DNA of 42,933 nucleotides. Origin: a virus. Shown here piece by piece: positions 15,112 through 23,425 of this stretch. The position numbers and the translations under genes were made by a program. Position 1 is the stretch's first letter; each line of letters opens with the position of its first letter. The notes below the pieces were generated by a model. It worked only from the letters and a program-made list of their open reading frames with translations, did no database searches and had not been told where the DNA came from. The stretch spans positions 1 to 42,933 of IMG/VR virus record IMGVR_UViG_3300045988_062945; one strand, 5' to 3'.

Positions 15112-15405
15112 ATGCGGACACGGGACAAGAGATATAAAGACTATGAAATCACAAGGGAAAATCGGGACTTTCTCCTTGCACTCTGCCGGATGGAAAAGCC
15201 GGAGGTACAGGGACTGCTGCGGCAATCATGCGAAGAATCGAACGACCAGATAGCGGAGCTGCTTTATCAAAATCTTTCTCGTGGCGATTCTTACGACAAG
15301 ATCGAGCGCATACCTTATGCGCAGACGGACTTCTACGCATACAGAAAAAAGGCTCTCGCGATTTTCCGGGATAAGTATATCGTCTGGCTCGGAAAAGGGA
15401 AATGA
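15112..15405 (+). CDS. Candidate late-gene transcriptional activator (sigma region-4 / RinA-ArpU-like C-terminus)
   Basis: SD ataggagg. It contains ...LSRGDSYDKIERIPYAQTDFYAYRKKALAIFRDKY. It is the last early gene, immediately upstream of the first late-motif copy and the packaging genes. Confidence 0.5.
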   Translation: MRTRDKRYKDYEITRENRDFLLALCRMEKPEVQGLLRQSCEESNDQIAELLYQNLSRGDSYDKIERIPYAQTDFYAYRKKALAIFRDKYIVWLGKGK

Positions 15406-15410
15406 AAACA

Positions 15411-15431
15411 GGGGAGCTGTTACGGCTCCCC
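15411..15431 (+). terminator. GC hairpin (GGGGAGC-7 nt-GCTCCCC) at the end of the early operon, abutting the late motif
   Basis: Read directly. The downstream sequence is TTAAATGCGTATTT, which is U-rich but not a clean U tract. Confidence 0.45.
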
Positions 15432-15472
15432 TTAAATGCGTATTTGACGCAAAGCTCATACTGCTATACAAT
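15431..15472 (+). promoter_or_regulatory. Late promoter copy 1: CTTAAATGCGTATT motif, TTGACG, 17 nt, TACAAT
   Basis: The 14-nt core is identical to those at 25708 and 37877. The -10-like hexamer starts exactly 36 nt after the first C in all three copies. Confidence 0.6.
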
Positions 15473-15482
15473 GGAGGTACAC

Positions 15483-16514
15483 ATGGAAATCAAAACACTT
15501 AAAATCGGAGAGATACACCCATACGAAAAGAATCCGCGAAAGAACGACAAATCCGTCGCGGCGGTGGCAAGGTCGATTGAAGAGTTCGGGTGGCAACAGC
15601 CCATTGTGGTTGATGTAAATCACGAGATTATCTGCGGGCATACAAGATACAAAGCCGCAAAGAAGCTCGGCATGAAAGAAGTGCCGTGTGTTATCGCGGA
15701 AAATCTCACCGAGGAGCAGATAAAGGCATATCGTCTCGCGGATAACAAGGTCAGCGAGAGTTCCGAGTGGGATTTGCCGGTTCTCGGTGAAGAGCTTGCG
15801 GGCATCATCGATATCGATATGTCAGATTTCGGTTTTACTCTTGAAGTGCCGGAGGAGATCGAGCCGCCGGACTACAAAGCCGAAACGCAGAGCATGAAAG
15901 AGGATATCCTCAATCTCGGATATGCGCAGTTCCCCGGTGTGGGCAAGTACGATATCCCCGAAATCACCCCGGTATATGATCTGCCGGAGATAGAGGAGTG
16001 GATCGGCTTCAATTATGTGCTGAGCGAAAAGAACCCGGAGGGAAAGGGCGTTCACTTTTTCGTGGATGATTATCAGTTTGAGCGCGTCTGGAACACCCCC
16101 CGCGTGTGGGCAGAAAAGCTCTCAAGGTTCGCGGCGGTCATGTCTCCGGACTTCTCTCCGTATGGAGATATGCCGCTTATAACGCAGATGTACAACCATT
16201 ACAGAAAGCATTGGTGTGCGGCATTCTGGCAGAGCGAGGGGATAACGGTTATCCCGACGATCAGAAGCTCGACCGACACACGAAGCCTTGAGTGGTATCT
16301 CGACGGTGAGCCAAGAGGCGGGATAGTCGCGTACAGCTCTATGTGGGTACGCACCGACCGGAAGGATATATATCAGGCGGCTGAAGCAGAATATTCCGGT
16401 ATGATGCAGACGCTGAGGCCGTCACAGGTCATCGTGTACGGCAAGAAGTTTGATTTTATGGGCGACGAAGTCGCAACCATAGAAAAATTTACGGATAAGA
16501 GGTGGGGCAATTGA
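15483..16514 (+). CDS. ParB-like nuclease N-domain fused to a DUF4417-like C-domain
   Basis: ATG 15483 follows ggagg. It begins MEIKTLKIGEIHPYEKNPRKND and contains ICGHTRYKAAKKLG. The C-terminal part matches DUF4417 by recollection. Confidence 0.7.
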   Translation: MEIKTLKIGEIHPYEKNPRKNDKSVAAVARSIEEFGWQQPIVVDVNHEIICGHTRYKAAKKLGMKEVPCVIAENLTEEQIKAYRLADNKVSESSEWDLPVLGEELAGIIDIDMSDFGFTLEVPEEIEPPDYKAETQSMKEDILNLGYAQFPGVGKYDIPEITPVYDLPEIEEWIGFNYVLSEKNPEGKGVHFFVDDYQFERVWNTPRVWAEKLSRFAAVMSPDFSPYGDMPLITQMYNHYRKHWCAAFWQSEGITVIPTIRSSTDTRSLEWYLDGEPRGGIVAYSSMWVRTDRKDIYQAAEAEYSGMMQTLRPSQVIVYGKKFDFMGDEVATIEKFTDKRWGN

Positions 16515-17332
16515 ATATCAACGATTTTAAAAGAGAGTTCAAGCAGGTAAATTTCGTATATCTCGGCGACGGGATAATTCTTTTCAGAAAGCCGCTTGAG
16601 ATTTTCGACGAGCGGAGCGGAGAAACCATTGAGAAATTCAAGGGGAAAGATACCGATCCGGTTCTGGATTACGTCTTAAACGGCAAAACCGTCAGGAGCA
16701 TCATAGAATCATGGAAAGAGCTTCCGAAGGTATACGCGGATATGCCGAAGGGAAGCCGAACCGGGGATTCTTACAGCGCGACGTGGACGCTTCAAGCCGG
16801 TGGCAGAGGGAACGGTAAGGACGAAACGGATTTGCCTGCCCGGATGAACGTCAAGGTTGCGGCAGACAGGCGTGATTATCAGGATATGCTGAACGCTTTC
16901 ATCGAAAAACACGCAGACAGCAACAAGGAGCACGGCATTACCATCGATACGCACGGATTCACAACGCAGTACGTTCATGGTCAGCAAGGGTCGGTCGGGA
17001 TATGGGGAAAGAAGGGCGAGATGGTCATTCACAACCACCCTCACGACGGATGGCCTACATTTTCGAAGAATGACATTGTCAGCGTCACACAGTCACGGGA
17101 GCGCGGAATCGTTGCGGTAAGCTCAAAGAAAGGCAGAGACGCGGCAACGGCGAAGTATGCCGGGACATATACGTTTGAGAAGGGAAACAATTTCAACGCA
17201 TCCGGGCTGATGAAAGCATTGAGCAGAGCAAAGATATCCGGTAAGGATTACAACGACGCTGTCTCGGCATGGCTTAAGAAGAACCAGAAAAAATACGGAT
17301 ATAAGTACTCATATACACCGGCGAAGAGGTAA
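16511..17332 (+). CDS. Protein with a C-terminal JAB/MPN (RadC-like) metalloprotease motif
   Basis: TTG 16511 (or GTG 16502) follows aagaggtgggg. It contains ...NKEHGITID...MVIHNHPHDGWPTFSKNDIV, compared with RadC HNHPSGxxxPSxxD. The spacing is one residue longer. Confidence 0.55.
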   Translation: MNINDFKREFKQVNFVYLGDGIILFRKPLEIFDERSGETIEKFKGKDTDPVLDYVLNGKTVRSIIESWKELPKVYADMPKGSRTGDSYSATWTLQAGGRGNGKDETDLPARMNVKVAADRRDYQDMLNAFIEKHADSNKEHGITIDTHGFTTQYVHGQQGSVGIWGKKGEMVIHNHPHDGWPTFSKNDIVSVTQSRERGIVAVSSKKGRDAATAKYAGTYTFEKGNNFNASGLMKALSRAKISGKDYNDAVSAWLKKNQKKYGYKYSYTPAKR

Positions 17333-17337
17333 GGACT

Positions 17338-17928
17338 ATGCCAAAAGGAAGCAGAGGCGGGAAAGGCGCAGTGAGACCGTCAGCGGACGGGGTTATTACG
17401 GCGACAACGAAACAGACGTGGATAGATGATAATCCGGGCATGTATATTGAAGAGGTTCCGGAGCCTGTATATAAGGCAATAACGGACGGAAACGGGACAT
17501 TGTATTTTGAGCCTGCGTCGCCGGAAAAACCTATACGGTATCAGACGAAAACTGGCGAGTGGCGCACAGACAGAATAGGAATATATAATTTACAAGCCGG
17601 TTGGAGAAGTTCAGCAATATTTGAATATGGTAACAAGGAGGGGACTTATAGGGAATCGGATCATGGTCAGTTCTTCGGAGTGGATTTAACAAAGGCAAAG
17701 AAAATAGTTATACCAAACAGTCCAGCGAAAAAAGCTATAATTGAAAGCATGGAAATACCGGCTAATGCCGCGGGATTATATTGGAGCAATTCTGCGAATG
17801 CATTTATAAGCCGCAGAGGTTATTATTTTAATTACAAGGCAGGCGAGTGGCTTCCGTCAAAGTATGAGCAGAAATATAGAAACGTTGGGACGGCGCGGGA
17901 AGAATTAATCCGAAGGCTTAGAAGGTGA
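17338..17928 (+). CDS. Hypothetical protein (no TerS-like features)
   Basis: SD gaggtaagga. No family was recognised. It looks comparatively AT-rich by eye. Confidence 0.6.
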   Translation: MPKGSRGGKGAVRPSADGVITATTKQTWIDDNPGMYIEEVPEPVYKAITDGNGTLYFEPASPEKPIRYQTKTGEWRTDRIGIYNLQAGWRSSAIFEYGNKEGTYRESDHGQFFGVDLTKAKKIVIPNSPAKKAIIESMEIPANAAGLYWSNSANAFISRRGYYFNYKAGEWLPSKYEQKYRNVGTAREELIRRLRR

Positions 17929-17937
17929 GGTGAACAC

Positions 17938-19542
17938 ATGGCAGACGGACACGACAACCTGATACCTTTTCCTGAATCCGGAAGGAGTAAGGAAGAAGTA
18001 AGGGAAATCAACGCACGCGGCGGCAGGAATTCCGCCAAGGCACGCCGGGAGAAAAAAGCAATATCACAGCTTGCCTCTGCCATGATTTACTCACAGCTCG
18101 ACGGCAAGGGCAAAGACGCGATCAAGAAGCAGTTTGGCGGGCTTGTAAGTGACGATGTGACCGTTGCCTCGGCTATGATAGCGGGACAGATACAGGCGGC
18201 AATGAAGGGCGACAGCAGGGCTTTCAGCACGGTCGCGGCACTTATCGAAAAGCAGGAAGAAAAAGAAGCCAAGGCAGAGGAAAAGCGGCAGTCGCTCATC
18301 AACCGCGTATACCATATGGACTTGTACGAAGTGCCGGACGCTTTTCACAGTACGCTCCGGGCAGTGCGGGATCAGAAATATCTTGAGTATGTCTTTTCCG
18401 GCGGCAGAGGCTCAACGAAGTCGTCCACCATCGCGCAGATTGTGGTCGAAATCATGAAAAACTATCGGGATATACACTGTGTAGTGTGCCGAAAGGTCGG
18501 AAACACTTTAAAGGATTCTGTGTACAGTAAGATAAAATGGGCGATTGAAAAGCAAGGGCTGACGGCAGAGTTTACGGTACACAAAAGCCCGCTTGAGATA
18601 ACGCTGAAGGCAACCGGGCAGAAGATATACTTCCGTGGTGCCGATGAGCCGGAAAAGATAAAGTCTATCTCTCCGGAGTTCGGATATCTCGGCATCCTGT
18701 GGTTTGAGGAGTTTGACCAGTTCTGCGGGCAGGAGGAGATACGAAACATTACGCAGTCGGTCATCCGAGGCGGTGAGCACGCGTGGATTTTCAAGAGCTT
18801 CAACCCACCGAAATCAAAGGTAAACTGGGCTAACCAGTACATACTTGAGCCGAAGGACAACCGGATCGTGCATAAGTCCACATATCAGGACGTCCCGGTT
18901 GAGTGGCTCGGACAGCCCTTTATCGATGAAGCGGAGCACCTGAAGGAGATAAACCCGTCAGCTTATGAGCATGAGTATCTCGGCATTCCCAACGGGAACG
19001 GAGGAAATGTTTTCGATCTTGTTGAGGTGCGCGAGATTACCGACGAGGAGATATCCAGCATGGACAGGATATATCAGGGCGTGGACTTCGGTTGGTATCC
19101 TGATCAGTTTGCTTTTCTCCGGACGCACTACGATGCCGCGCGTGAGAAGATATATCTCATGGACGAGCTGTATGTGAACAAGCAGAGCAATGCCGAGACC
19201 GGAAAATGGATCATCGACAAAGGTTACAGCGATTTTGCCATCACGTGCGACAGCGCAGAGCCGAAGTCGGTCAATGATTACCGGGACATGGGGCTTAAAG
19301 CGCGCGGAGCGATAAAGGGCGCGGGTTCGGTGGAGTACGGCTTCAAGTGGCTGCAATGCCGGACGATTGTCATCGACCCGAAGCGCACACCGAACGCGTA
19401 CAACGAGATCACAAAGTATGAGTATGAGCGGGACAAAGAAGGAAATGTAATCAGCGGATATCCGGACGGCAACGACCATGCGATTTCCGCGCTCAGATAC
19501 GCATACGAAAGTCTATTCAACAAGCGAGGGATAAACGCATAA
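17938..19542 (+). CDS. terL: Terminase large subunit (PBSX-type) with a roughly 115-aa TerS-like N-terminal extension
   Basis: It has a Walker A motif (FSGGRGSTKSS). It lies just upstream of the portal gene. The N-terminus reads NLIPFPESGRSKEEVREINARGGRNSAKARREKKA. Confidence 0.85.
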   Translation: MADGHDNLIPFPESGRSKEEVREINARGGRNSAKARREKKAISQLASAMIYSQLDGKGKDAIKKQFGGLVSDDVTVASAMIAGQIQAAMKGDSRAFSTVAALIEKQEEKEAKAEEKRQSLINRVYHMDLYEVPDAFHSTLRAVRDQKYLEYVFSGGRGSTKSSTIAQIVVEIMKNYRDIHCVVCRKVGNTLKDSVYSKIKWAIEKQGLTAEFTVHKSPLEITLKATGQKIYFRGADEPEKIKSISPEFGYLGILWFEEFDQFCGQEEIRNITQSVIRGGEHAWIFKSFNPPKSKVNWANQYILEPKDNRIVHKSTYQDVPVEWLGQPFIDEAEHLKEINPSAYEHEYLGIPNGNGGNVFDLVEVREITDEEISSMDRIYQGVDFGWYPDQFAFLRTHYDAAREKIYLMDELYVNKQSNAETGKWIIDKGYSDFAITCDSAEPKSVNDYRDMGLKARGAIKGAGSVEYGFKWLQCRTIVIDPKRTPNAYNEITKYEYERDKEGNVISGYPDGNDHAISALRYAYESLFNKRGINA

Positions 19543-19543
19543 T

Positions 19544-20959
19544 ATGGGACTTATTTCATGGATAAAAGGATGGTTTAACAGAATGCTTTTAATCGACAGC
19601 CGAATCAAAGACGAGTTTGACGTGGAGCCTATATCATCCACTGCGATGGACAAGTACATCAAGCGGTGCATGGATATATACAGCGGTATGCCTGACTGGG
19701 TAGACCCCGACGGGCATATCAAGACCGTAAACGTCGCGAAAAGCGTATGCTCCGAGGTCGCGCGGCTTACTACTCTTGCTATCGGTATAAAGATAGACGG
19801 GAGCGCACGCGCAAAGTGGCTTCAGGAGCAGATAGACGCAGCATACTCAAGCTTCAGGGACTGGACGGAATACGGATGCGCGGCGGGGAATATGATCCTC
19901 AAGCCCAACGGCGAGGGGATAGATTTCGTCATGCCGGACAGATACAAGATTGTTGACATGGCAAACGGAGCCATTACCGGGATTGTGTTCATCGACCGGC
20001 AGAAGTATGAGAAAAAGTGGTACACCCGGCTTGAGTATCACCGCTTCACCGGCACGGGGGACAACCGCAAGTATGAGATATCCAACCGGTGCTTCAAGGG
20101 AGAGAGCGAAAACGACAACGGACGCGCCGTACCGATAGCCGAGACCCCGTGGAGCGGCTTGCAGGAGGATATAGTCGCTGTCAATGTCGATAAGCCCCTG
20201 TTCGGGGTTTTCCGCACACCGAGCGCGAACAACGTTGATATCGGCTCCCCGCTGGGCTTGCCGGTCTTTGCGGAGGCGACCGAAGAACTCCGGGACTTTG
20301 ATATAGCATATAGCCGCAACGCGAAGGAAATCCTCGACAGCAAGCGGCTTGTGCTACTCGACAGCGACCGCCTTCTCAGCACACCCGGCGCACGTCTCAG
20401 CCAGAAGAACGCCGATGCGCTTTCCCGTGACATGGGGCTTCCGGACTATATCAAGACTGTCGAAGGCGACGGCAACAGCGAGATATATCACGAGATCAAC
20501 CCGTCCCTCAATACCGAGATGCGCAAGAGCGGCATGGACTTCCTTCTTTCGCAGATCGGGTACAAATGCGGCTTCTCCAACGGGTACTTCGTTTTCAACG
20601 AAAAATCCGGCATGGTCACGGCGACGCAGGTCGAATCGGATGACCGCCGCACGATACAGCTCATCAAGGATATGAGGGATAAGCTTCAGGCTTGCCTTGA
20701 CGGTGTGATATATGCCCTTGACAAGTTCGCTGATGCATACAACCTCGCCCCGGCGGGGACATACAAGGCGACGTATGACTTCGGGGACATCACATACAAC
20801 CGGGAGGAGGATCGCGCGAGGTGGTACAGCTATGCACAGTCGAACAAGGTTCCTTTCTGGTATTATCTTGTGAAGTTTGAGGGACTGAGCGAGGAAGAGG
20901 CAAAGGCTCTCATAGAGGAGGCAACCCCGGCAGACCCGATGTTCGGAGGCGAGGAGTAA
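19544..20959 (+). CDS. Portal protein (SPP1 gp6-like)
   Basis: 471 aa, placed between terL and the MuF-like gene. Confidence 0.8.
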   Translation: MGLISWIKGWFNRMLLIDSRIKDEFDVEPISSTAMDKYIKRCMDIYSGMPDWVDPDGHIKTVNVAKSVCSEVARLTTLAIGIKIDGSARAKWLQEQIDAAYSSFRDWTEYGCAAGNMILKPNGEGIDFVMPDRYKIVDMANGAITGIVFIDRQKYEKKWYTRLEYHRFTGTGDNRKYEISNRCFKGESENDNGRAVPIAETPWSGLQEDIVAVNVDKPLFGVFRTPSANNVDIGSPLGLPVFAEATEELRDFDIAYSRNAKEILDSKRLVLLDSDRLLSTPGARLSQKNADALSRDMGLPDYIKTVEGDGNSEIYHEINPSLNTEMRKSGMDFLLSQIGYKCGFSNGYFVFNEKSGMVTATQVESDDRRTIQLIKDMRDKLQACLDGVIYALDKFADAYNLAPAGTYKATYDFGDITYNREEDRARWYSYAQSNKVPFWYYLVKFEGLSEEEAKALIEEATPADPMFGGEE

Positions 20960-22873
20960 ATGCTGTCTCCTGAGTACCTTCTGCGCGTCTCTGAGGGCGC
21001 GGAGGAAATAGCGGAGCGGTTACACCAAGACATCGTCAAAAGGCTCATACAGCGCATTGTGGCGCGTCTTGAGCGGGGAGACGATTACACACTCACCCCG
21101 ATTGACAAATATCAGCTTGAAACGCTGAAGCAGGCGGGCTTCCTCATGAAGGATATCGAAAAGGAGATAGCGGCAAAGACCAAGCTCCAGAGGGCAGAAA
21201 TCCGCGCCGCCTTTGAGGATGCCGGCATACGCTCTTACGCCTACGACAGCCGGGTATACGAGGCGGCAGGGCTTGCAACAAAGCCGCTCACACAGTCGCC
21301 GCAGTACATCCGCATGATGCAGAGGGCATACGAAGCGACGCTCGGAGAGTGGCGTAACTTTTCCCGCACGACAGCGGGGGAGGCATACCGCCGTTTTATC
21401 GTTGAGTGCGACCGTGCCTATTACAGCGTGCAGTCGGGCGCGATATCGTATACGCAGGCATTCCGTGAGGCGATAAACCGCATAGCCGACGAGGGCGTTG
21501 TGGTGGCATACCGGGACAAGGACGGCAACATCACCCGGCGGGACACGATTGAAACCGCTACACTTCGCAACATTCGAACCGGAATCTCTCAGTCATGCGC
21601 GGAGATCACCAACGCCCGCATGGAAGAAATGGACTGGGATATACTTCTTGTGTCTGCCCATCTCGGCGCGAGGTACACCGAGAAGAACGATTACACAAAT
21701 CACTTCTGGTGGCAGGGTAAATTTTACTCCAAAAGCGGCAAAGACAAGCGTTTCCCGCCCTTCAGCGTATGCGGACAGGGGGATGTGCAGGGAATCAACG
21801 GTGCGAACTGCCGGCATTCTTACAGCCCCGGAGACGGTGAGACAAATCCCTTCTCGGATTTCGACAGCGAGGAGAACAAAAAGGCATACGATCTCTCCCA
21901 AAAGCAGAGGCAGCTTGAAAACCGCATCCGGCACACCAAGCGTCAGGTCATGGCGATAAAGGAAGGTCGCGATTATGCCGAACACCCCGACCACAAAGCG
22001 GCACTTGACGAGGATTACAAGAAGAAAGCCGCGAAGCTGGAGCGGCAGAACAAGGAATACAAGGGCTTCTGCGAACAGAACGGCTTGAAAACACGTCAGG
22101 AACGGCTGACGATAGCCAAGTGGGACAGGCAACAGGCGGCAGAGGCGCGGGGAGCTGCGGCAAGGTACAAGAACAGCCGGAGCACAGAGCCGAGAGAGAA
22201 GCCGGACACGGGCACGGTTGAGGTGACCGTCGGGACAGATATCTATAACGTCGAAAAGCCGATGTCGGAGTACAGGGACGCATCGGGGCGGTTCGATATA
22301 GATAAAGCAAACGCAGATTACGAAAAGCTCTTGACAAAAGTTCCGGAAGAGTATAAAATGAGCATAGAGACAGCTTATAAAACGACGGAATTTGAAGAGA
22401 GCACGGAAATCAGCTCCGCTTTCCGGTATGATACCAAGCGCGACAGGGTAGTGTATAATCCTGAACACCGAAACTTTGACAATTACAGTTATCCTCAAGC
22501 GGTCACACATGAGCTTTCTCACCGCATTGACGCTCTGGATTATCATTCAGAGAAAAACGCGAAATTCAGCAAGGCGATTGATGATGCATACCCGGTCGCT
22601 ATGCGGAATGCGGGGAGGTTGAGCGAATACAGCGTGAATTCCGACGGTGACGGTTTCTTTTCAGATATCATCTCTGCGCTTTCAAACGGAGACGTTGAAA
22701 CAACGGCATATCACTCGGCAAAATATTGGTCAAAACATGGCGCCAAAGAAAAAGAGATATTCGCCAATCTGTTTTCAATGGGCGTCTTTGATCAGAAGAA
22801 ACACATTGATCTCATTAACGAGATTTTCCCTGAAGTCTACGAAGCATATAACGAAATCAGAAAGGATGTATGA
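20960..22873 (+). CDS. MuF / SPP1 gp7-like head morphogenesis protein with a C-terminal HExxH domain
   Basis: It follows the portal gene. It has a central ...WWQGKFYS...GANCRHSY segment and a C-terminal THELSH at 22508-22522 with a downstream EKEIFANLF. Confidence 0.75.
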   Translation: MLSPEYLLRVSEGAEEIAERLHQDIVKRLIQRIVARLERGDDYTLTPIDKYQLETLKQAGFLMKDIEKEIAAKTKLQRAEIRAAFEDAGIRSYAYDSRVYEAAGLATKPLTQSPQYIRMMQRAYEATLGEWRNFSRTTAGEAYRRFIVECDRAYYSVQSGAISYTQAFREAINRIADEGVVVAYRDKDGNITRRDTIETATLRNIRTGISQSCAEITNARMEEMDWDILLVSAHLGARYTEKNDYTNHFWWQGKFYSKSGKDKRFPPFSVCGQGDVQGINGANCRHSYSPGDGETNPFSDFDSEENKKAYDLSQKQRQLENRIRHTKRQVMAIKEGRDYAEHPDHKAALDEDYKKKAAKLERQNKEYKGFCEQNGLKTRQERLTIAKWDRQQAAEARGAAARYKNSRSTEPREKPDTGTVEVTVGTDIYNVEKPMSEYRDASGRFDIDKANADYEKLLTKVPEEYKMSIETAYKTTEFEESTEISSAFRYDTKRDRVVYNPEHRNFDNYSYPQAVTHELSHRIDALDYHSEKNAKFSKAIDDAYPVAMRNAGRLSEYSVNSDGDGFFSDIISALSNGDVETTAYHSAKYWSKHGAKEKEIFANLFSMGVFDQKKHIDLINEIFPEVYEAYNEIRKDV

Positions 22874-23067
22874 TAATGTACCTGTGCCCGAAAGAAATCG
22901 CTATGTTGAAAAGCAAAGAAATACGCAGTCTGATGGGTGAATACAGAAAAGTGTTCAACGAAACCCCACCCGGATTCAATTATGATGAATTCGACAGCAT
23001 AGAGGACTATGTCAGAATACTGAAAGAGTGCATCAAAACAAAGAAGAGCTGGTATGACATTCCCTGA
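22870..23067 (+). CDS. Small hypothetical protein downstream of the MuF-like gene (immunity/partner candidate)
   Basis: It has an ATGA overlap, is 65 aa long and is followed by a hairpin. Confidence 0.5.
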   Translation: MIMYLCPKEIAMLKSKEIRSLMGEYRKVFNETPPGFNYDEFDSIEDYVRILKECIKTKKSWYDIP

Positions 23068-23113
23068 CCGCGCGTATAAAACCGCCCGCAAACCCCGATA
23101 AAACAGCCACAAA

Positions 23114-23139
23114 AAGCCCGGTGAATACACATCGGGCTT
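23114..23139 (+). terminator. Hairpin AAGCCCG-12 nt-CGGGCTT followed by ttt
   Basis: Read directly after the stop at 23067. Confidence 0.5.
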
Positions 23140-23145
23140 TATCTA

Positions 23146-23173
23146 TTGACTTTCGCTCCCTGTATGGTATAAT
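23146..23173 (+). promoter_or_regulatory. Sigma70-type promoter of the accessory island (TTGACT, 16 nt, TGgTATAAT)
   Basis: -35 at 23146-23151, TG at 23165-23166, -10 at 23168-23173. The SD ggaggtgggg and ATG 23195 follow. Confidence 0.65.
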
Positions 23174-23194
23174 TATTACAACGGAGGTGGGGCG

Positions 23195-23425
23195 ATGAAC
23201 TTCATACAGTACAACCCCAACCCAAGGGGAAACCGCGTCGGAGACTGCGTCATCCGGGCGATATCGGGGGCAACCGGACGGGATTGGGAGACAACATATG
23301 CCGGGGTGTCTGCCTGCGGGTTTGAGCCGGCGCTCAGGCTTCGCTATCTTATTTCACTCCACAGGTCCATACCCTGGGCTCTGAGAAGGTCGCCGATCGT
23401 GCTTGGAGGGCAGTCGGCGGTGTAG
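23195..23425 (+). pseudogene. Truncated gene: only about 45 N-terminal codons of a small Cys-peptidase-like phage/plasmid protein family
   Basis: MNFIQYNPNPRGNRVGDCVIRAISGATGRDWETTYAGV matches a remembered family of about 130 aa. After about 23330 the frame runs antisense through the next gene and loses resemblance. Confidence 0.5.

Noticed and set aside
16735-17360. The shared peptide MPKGSR(T/G)G occurs inside the JAB-like protein and at the start of the next protein, suggesting a duplication or recoding signal.
   Set aside because: The DNA-level identity is weak (different codons) and does not extend beyond six residues. It is treated as coincidence.
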